From Chitinophagales bacterium (lineage in GTDB: Bacteria; Bacteroidota; Bacteroidia; Chitinophagales; LD1), in contig JAXLUM010000001.1 of assembly GCA_046329515.1 (NCBI GenBank), positions 1,531,247 through 1,595,246 of the forward strand: a DNA stretch of 64,000 nt, in the 5' to 3' direction. The translations under genes and the position numbers were made by a program. The notes beneath the pieces are model-generated. The model ran no database searches. It was not told where the DNA came from and saw only the letters and a list, made by a program, of their open reading frames with translations. Positions 38,001 to 44,000 of this stretch are shown here, one piece after another (the stretch's first letter is position 1; each line of letters starts with the position of its first letter).

Positions 38001-38086
38001 AAGTGAATGATAAAGCCAAAAAACCTGATGGCACAGATAAAAAGAACGAATACCAAAGAGTAATTACACTAACCAACAACCAGTAA
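29048..38086 (+). CDS. giant T9SS type-B cargo protein (6-bladed Kelch-like propeller, LamG, 14 tandem Ig-like units, SprB-like repeats, parallel beta-helix, CHU_C/type-B CTD)
   Basis: 3012-aa intact ORF. Six WTQKA[DN][LF].G..R..AVGFSIG.KGYIGTG....DFWEYDP blades span 29153-30020. A Laminin_G_3-like block ([11 protein letters not shown]...NWHHVAFVF...[13 protein letters not shown]) spans 30421-30853. The tandem array spans 31351-34783. PbH1-like [10 protein letters not shown].../NNTIIRNSS... repeats lie at about 36700-37250. The terminal [14 protein letters not shown]...IKDMNGNPV...LYWNGR...[12 protein letters not shown]...ITLTNNQ fits the gliding-motility type-B CTD pattern (37795-38083). Confidence 0.9.
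   Translation: [3012 protein letters not shown]
31351..34783 (+). repeat. 14-unit in-frame tandem array (2 x 258 bp, then 12 x 243 bp) encoding an 81-86 aa two-Cys Ig-like unit
   Basis: Unit register marks (the TCAACCTAC-type string) fall at 31381, 31639, 31897, 32140, 32383, 32626, 32869, 33112, 33355, 33598, 33841, 34084, 34327 and 34570. The consensus is PTVGTITQP[TS]CA[VL][AS][50 protein letters not shown][SA]PSANVVINA. The linker is either QPVTPSA or APSSP[AG]A. Neighbouring units 33001-33243 and 33244-33486 differ at only a handful of mostly synonymous bases. Confidence 0.95.
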
Positions 38087-38130
38087 ACCGCAGGGCTTTT
38101 AAAAAACTGATATCAGTAAAACATATACAG

Positions 38131-39924
38131 ATGCAAAAAATAAGCATAATTCTTATAGCAAGCTTACTGGCGCTTACCGCCACAGCCCAGATTATGGAAA
38201 TGCAGACCCAAATGTATTTTTCGCGCCTAACCACCAATCCTGCGCTTACGGCCTACAACGGCAGCACCAATGTGTATGGTTTTTTCCGCGACCAGTGGTC
38301 GGGTGTAAGCAACCACCCGCGCATAGGCGGCGGCATAGGCGAACTTAGCTTGTGGAACGACCGCATAGGCACCGGGTTAGAGGTAATGGCTTTTAGTGCA
38401 GGCACCAGCCGCATTATTGATGCCAAGCTTTATTATGCGCAAAAAATTAACCTGGGCAAAGACCACCGACTTTCGTTAGGTGTAGCTGCCGGCTTTTTGC
38501 AGCATGGCACTAATTACAACGCAAACCGCGATGCCGAGCTGGTGGGCGACCCTAACTTTAACCAGCCCTCTAACATGCTGTTTGATATGAACATTGGCCT
38601 GGCTTACCAGTGGAAAAAACTTACCCTGGGCTTTGCCATACCCAACCTGCTGGATGGCAACACGCGCATTTACAACAACCAAACCAGGTTGAGCGGCTTT
38701 AAACGCAACTATATTTTAAATGCCAGCTATGAAATAAACATGGCCAAAGGCAAGTTTAACCTGGAGCCACTAGTGCTGCTAAAGGTAGACCAGGCAAAGG
38801 CATTTAACCTGCGGGTGCAATTGATGGCCAACTATAAAAACATAGTGTTTTTGGGGGCGGGCTACAACCTTAACAGCGGGGTGCCCATAACAGCCGGGGT
38901 GCGTATTTCCAAAGTATTTACGTTGGCCTATGGTTTCCAGGTGCCGTTAATGGTTAACATTCCGGTAAGCGGTGTTTACGGCACGCACGAGGTAATGATG
39001 AGTGTTTGCTTTGATAAATGGATGAAGAAAGGCGATAAGCCCAAAAACGATGCAGCCAATGCACCGGCGCAAAGCCAGTACGATAGTTTAGCTAACCGCC
39101 TTGCTGCCCTTGAAGCAAATAAAGCGGCAGAAAAAAGCAGAGATAGCCTGGCACAAAAAGTAGATGAACTGCAACAGGCTTTAGCTGCTGCAAAAAAGGA
39201 AGCAACCACAGCGCCGCAAAAGCAGGCCGAAACAAAACCGCTTGCTGAAACCGCGCAGCCGCAAACGCAAAAGCAAAGCACGCAGCCTGCAGCCAAGCCT
39301 GCTGTAACAGAAACACCGGTTGCTAAGGCTACCGCTAACGAACAGCCCGTGCAAAAAGCGCCGGTTGCAGAACAAAAGCAAGCAGCAGCCCCGGTAACTA
39401 CACCGGTTGCAAAAACAGAAGAACCTAAAACTGTAGCAGCAGAGCAAAAGCCACAAGCGATTAACGAAAAGCCACAGACCGCTAAAACAGAAGCGCCGGT
39501 AACGCCGTCTGTTACCACAGTTGCGCCGGCCGTGCCTAACAATGCTTTTAGCAAAGAAGCGGCCAATACTGAAACACCGTTGGCGGGTTCGCGCTTTGTG
39601 CTTGATAAACTGCACTTTGAAGGCAACGGCAGCACCTTGAGCAGCGATTCGTACACCCAGCTTGATGAACTGCTGAATTACCTGAAGCTGCACAGCAACA
39701 CCCGCGCCCGCATTGTGGCGCATGGCGATAACAGCAGCGATGAAATGAGCGGTTTTAAATCGGAACTGCGGGCCAGGGCTGTGGCAGAGTATTTATATAC
39801 CAAGGGCATACCGCGCGAGCGACTAACTTACTTTGGTATGGGCGGGCGCAAACCAATAGCCGATAACAATACCGAAGAAGGCCGCAACAAAAACCGCAGG
39901 GTAGAAGTGGAGATTTTAAAATAA
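38131..39924 (+). CDS. PorP/SprF-family T9SS outer-membrane protein fused through a long low-complexity linker to a C-terminal OmpA-like peptidoglycan-binding domain
   Basis: 597-aa ORF with a signal peptide. The N-terminal ~300 aa fit the PorP/SprF pattern (Q.YFSRLTTNPALTAY......FFRDQWSGV...P......GE.......IGTG......S.G......KLYYAQKINL). A coiled-coil plus P/A/Q/K/T-rich segment spans about 39030-39590. The C-terminus is LHFEGNGSTL...ARIVAHGDN...LRARAVAEYLYTKGIPRERLTYFGMGGRKPIADNNTEEGRNKNRRVEVEILK, an OmpA_C signature. It starts 44 bp after the type-B cargo gene. Confidence 0.85.
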   Translation: MQKISIILIASLLALTATAQIMEMQTQMYFSRLTTNPALTAYNGSTNVYGFFRDQWSGVSNHPRIGGGIGELSLWNDRIGTGLEVMAFSAGTSRIIDAKLYYAQKINLGKDHRLSLGVAAGFLQHGTNYNANRDAELVGDPNFNQPSNMLFDMNIGLAYQWKKLTLGFAIPNLLDGNTRIYNNQTRLSGFKRNYILNASYEINMAKGKFNLEPLVLLKVDQAKAFNLRVQLMANYKNIVFLGAGYNLNSGVPITAGVRISKVFTLAYGFQVPLMVNIPVSGVYGTHEVMMSVCFDKWMKKGDKPKNDAANAPAQSQYDSLANRLAALEANKAAEKSRDSLAQKVDELQQALAAAKKEATTAPQKQAETKPLAETAQPQTQKQSTQPAAKPAVTETPVAKATANEQPVQKAPVAEQKQAAAPVTTPVAKTEEPKTVAAEQKPQAINEKPQTAKTEAPVTPSVTTVAPAVPNNAFSKEAANTETPLAGSRFVLDKLHFEGNGSTLSSDSYTQLDELLNYLKLHSNTRARIVAHGDNSSDEMSGFKSELRARAVAEYLYTKGIPRERLTYFGMGGRKPIADNNTEEGRNKNRRVEVEILK

Positions 39925-39952
39925 ACGATACACCATTCATATAAACGAAAAA

Positions 39953-40696
39953 ATGAAGCGAATGAAAAATATACTGCACCGCAGCACGCTTGCTTTACTA
40001 CTTAACCTGGTAATGCTTGCAGCCATTACCACCATTAACTCCTGTGGCTGTAAACCTGATGACCCCTCACCGGCTGATTACAGGATTAAAACTACAAATG
40101 ATAAAGACTTGCTGTTTTTTGTACCAACGACGCTGAAAGTAGATGAATGGCAATTTAGCTATACCCCCAATAATTACCTATCAGGATGTTCTGTGCCAAT
40201 AGCGCCCTCTGGTTTTCTATTTAATTACAAGCCTAATAGCGTGGAAATTATGGGCTATCAAAACATTGCGCTTAATGCGCAAGGGTACAGAGCCAAGGGA
40301 GATAAAGGCGGCACTTTAACGTACGATAGTGATAAACATATTACTCAGGAGAGTAATATGCCCGGTGACCCGAACACAACTGCTAATTCCACCTGGCAAT
40401 ACGGCAACCTAACCAAGTTTGAAGTGGTAAATGCAGGTAATGTCTTACTTAGGAATAGTTACACCTACACTGATATAGTAGATACGCGGCAGGATGGACT
40501 GGACTGGTATTTTGGCAAGCGCAGCCATAATTTAGTAAAGGAAATTAAAAGTAATGGTTTGATGAGGAGTGATATTTATACATACAGCTATGTTTTTGAC
40601 ACCCGTGGCAGGGTTACTGCAATGACCATAAAAATGAAGGCTATGATATCCGGAGCTGAAACTGTTAGAACCTACACTTATAGTTATTTTAATTAG
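39953..40696 (+). CDS. hypothetical lipoprotein
   Basis: 247-aa ORF. The signal peptide ends ...ITTINSCGC. It contains a YD-repeat-like string (YTYSYVFDTRGRVTAMT). It starts 28 bp after the PorP/SprF-OmpA gene. Confidence 0.6.
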   Translation: MKRMKNILHRSTLALLLNLVMLAAITTINSCGCKPDDPSPADYRIKTTNDKDLLFFVPTTLKVDEWQFSYTPNNYLSGCSVPIAPSGFLFNYKPNSVEIMGYQNIALNAQGYRAKGDKGGTLTYDSDKHITQESNMPGDPNTTANSTWQYGNLTKFEVVNAGNVLLRNSYTYTDIVDTRQDGLDWYFGKRSHNLVKEIKSNGLMRSDIYTYSYVFDTRGRVTAMTIKMKAMISGAETVRTYTYSYFN

Positions 40697-41096
40697 GAGA
40701 ATGGCCTCACCCGCTTAGGCAAAGGCTGCGCCTTCTTTCCAATATGGAGAGGGGAGGATTTTGGGGTGAGGTAAACAGCTATAGTTAGTAAGCTTAATTG
40801 GTTATTGCAACAGGAGGAAAAGTAAGATGCCCGACCGGGTGCCCGGCCTATTCTATACATGGGAATATTGAAGATTTATGGCACCCTTATTACACTTTTA
40901 ATTACACATGAAAACAAACTTTTATTTGCTGTAAATGAACGACTTGTGTAATAAATGCAGCGCTCTACATATGTTATTGCTTGCTATGTATAAGCATAAA
41001 TAAGAGTGATAAATGTATATGGAATTTATTCATATTCACGCGTTTTTCTAACACTATATACCACACACTATCAATTACTTACCCAAACCCACACTA

Positions 41097-44000
41097 ATGA
41101 AAAGTAAACTTTATTCTTTACTGTTTTTATTGTTTTTTGCCATGGCCACGCAGGCGCAAACTACTGTATTAGATAGCAGTTGGTTTGTAACCAATGGTAA
41201 TGTTAATACCTTAATGAAGGACGGTAATACCCTGTATATGGGAGGAACCTTTACCTACATAGGGCTACAGAAAGGCGCGTATGGCCTGCCATTGAATACC
41301 GCAACCAATACTGCTGATTTTAACTATTTAAAACCCGATGGCCCGGTTTACGCAGTTGTATCTGATGGCAGCGGAGGCTGGTATATAGGAGGTGCATTTA
41401 CTGCTATTGGCGGCGTAAGCCGCGCAAGTTTGGCCCATATATTGGCCAATGGCAGTTTAGATACATGGAATCCCAATATACCCGGGCATGTTAATACGCT
41501 TAACCTTGATGGTACAACTATATATGTAGGCGGCGCGTTTAACCAGGTTGGCGGAACCGCAGTATCAAACTATGCGGCTATTAGTACTACAACCGGCCTA
41601 ACCGTTGGTACACAGTTTAGTTTTGATGCGGATATTTTAAGTATACAGCGGTCAGGTTCTACTTTATACATTGGGGGTATTTTTACTACGGTTAACGGGT
41701 ATGCCCGCTCAGGCGTGGCTGTAGTTACAAGCGGGGGAACGGTAAGCAGTTTAACTGCTGATGCCGGTGGAATTGTAGTATGTTTGTTGTATGACAATAA
41801 TACTTTATATGTTGGCGGGAATTTTACAACACTACAAGGCGCTGCGCGCTCAAATGCGGGGGCCATTGATCTTACTACCGGTTTGGTTACCTCGTGGAAT
41901 CCCGCTACCAACAATACGGTATCTTCTTTGGCTGTTGACGGAAGTAATGTTTATATTGGCGGTAGCTTTACTACGGTTTCCGGATTTAGCAAGCCAGGAA
42001 TTGCAGCTTTAACTACCAGCGGAACGCCTACAGGATGGACTCCTTCAGTAAGCGGCACTGTGTTATGTATTACTATAAGTGGCGGTACCATGTATATTGG
42101 CGGAAATTTTAGCACGACCGGCACTACACGCCTAAACTTTGCAGCTATTGATATAAATAGCGCTGCAATAACATCTACAGCGCTAAATACTAATAATGCT
42201 GTAAATGCTTTAGCAGTAAATGGCAATACCGTTTATGTGGGCGGGATGTTCAACAGTTCAGGCGGTGAGTTTCGCAGCAAAGCGGCTGCTGTAGATTTAA
42301 CAACCAGAACTATAACCAATTGGAACCCTAACGTAGGTAGCGGTAGTGTAAACAGCATTGCTGTAGGCTCTTCTGCTGTTTATTTGGGAGGGTTATTTAC
42401 CAATGTGGGCGGCACGACCCGAAGTAATCTTGCAGTTGTAAACAAAAGCACGGGCGCCCTTAATTTAAGCTGGAACCCCGGTGCAAATGCTACAGTTAAC
42501 GCCCTGGTACTTTCGGGCTCTGCGCTTTATGTTGGCGGGGCATTTACTGTTTTAGGCGGTGGTCCGCGTAGTCGCCTGGGGGCGGTAATTACCACTACCG
42601 GCGCACTTGACACCTGGAACCCTAATGTTAGTAGTACAGTAAACGCTTTAACCCTTGATGGAGCTACCTTATATATTGGCGGCGCATTTGCATCTGTTGG
42701 AGGCCTTGCGCGTAACCGGGCCGCTGCTTATGATCTTATAACAAAAACCCTTTATAGTTGGAACCCGAATGCAAATAATACTGTTAACGCTATAGCTGTT
42801 AGCAGTTCCGAGGTTTACCTTGGGGGCGTTTTTAGTACAATGGGGGGCCTTCCTTCACTGGGTTTGGCTGCGGTTAGTAAAGCTACCGGCGGCTTATCAG
42901 GTTCAATGCCCCTTCCAAATTCTTCAGTTACTGCATTGGCGGTAAGCAATAATACGCTTTATGTTGGCGGAAATTTTCTAACTGTGGGTGGTTTAAGCCG
43001 AACGCGGGCTGCGGCTATTGATTTGAGTACAAAGAACGTAACAAGCTGGAGTTTTCCATTTAATAACACAGTAAGCAGTATAGCTGCAAGCGGTAGTTCA
43101 GCCTATTTAGGAGGAACATTTACCACGGTTAGCGGGCTTGCAAAACAAAGTTTAGCGGCTATTGGCCAGGCTATAACCTGGTACCTTGATGCCGATAATG
43201 ACGGCTATTACGTAAGTACACAAACAGTTTTAGGCAACCCGGGTACCGGTTGGACCAGCACCCTGCCTTCAGGCGGGTCAGGCGATTGCGATGATAATAA
43301 CAGCGCCGTATGGAGGTCTTCTTTGCTGTATATAGATGCGGATGGTGATGGCTATACTAATGGTAAGGCTACCGTTTGTTACGGTAATACCGCGCCCGCA
43401 GGTTATAGCTTTACTACCAAAGGGGTAGATTGTGATGATAATACGGCCTCTGCCGCTAACAACTGCCCCGGTACTGCGCCTGCCTGCACAGGTTGGACGT
43501 ATTCGCGCCCTATAAGCATTACCGCTACACCAAGCAATTATTACCAGGTACCGGTAACGCTTAGCGCAGGCCAGTATGGCAATATGCAGGCTAACGGGGC
43601 CGACCTTCGCTTTAGAGATGCGGCGGATAACAACTGCACCTACTATATTGAAAGCTGGAATACATCAGGCAATTCTGTAATATGGGTAAGTGTGCCCGTA
43701 GCCGGCACTACCAGCCTTACCATGTATTACGGCAATGGCGCGGCCAGCGCGGCCAGCGATGTGGAAGGGACCTTTATATTATATGATGATTTTTCAGGCG
43801 CTGCGCTTAATACCCTAAAATGGGATGCCAAAACAGGCACTAACAGTTCGGTAACTGTAACAGGCGGCGAGTTAGTGCTTAGCCCCGGCACCATAGATAA
43901 CCAGGGCGCACAGGTAATTGCCAAAGCGGGCTTTTTACCTTCAGCAGGAGCAATAGTTGAAACAACAATTGGCACAGGCGGCACGGCCCCTTCCACCTTG

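Noticed and set aside
38976-39723. Two long antisense ORFs (226 aa and 180 aa) opposite the PorP/SprF-OmpA gene
   Set aside because: They lie opposite the Ala/Gln/Lys/Pro-rich linker. Low-complexity GC-rich codons keep the antisense frames open. Their products are Cys/Ala/Phe-rich nonsense, while the sense ORF has two recognisable domains.
40705-40771. An inverted pair cctcaccc ... gggtgagg with a G-rich core (ggagaggggaggattttggggtgagg) after the lipoprotein gene. A similar G-rich string occurs at about 51037-51063.
   Set aside because: It looks like the dispersed 'GEGxGVR'-type REP-like element seen in many Bacteroidota intergenic regions. It may act as a terminator, but it lacks a T-run, so I do not annotate it as a functional feature.
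40903-40951. An 8-bp inverted repeat attacaca ... tgtgtaat in the 400-bp AT-rich region upstream of the 1897-aa gene, considered as a possible invertible promoter or phase-variation switch
   Set aside because: The arms are too short and too close together (~33 bp). No recombinase gene is nearby. It may be a regulator site, but there is no support for DNA inversion.
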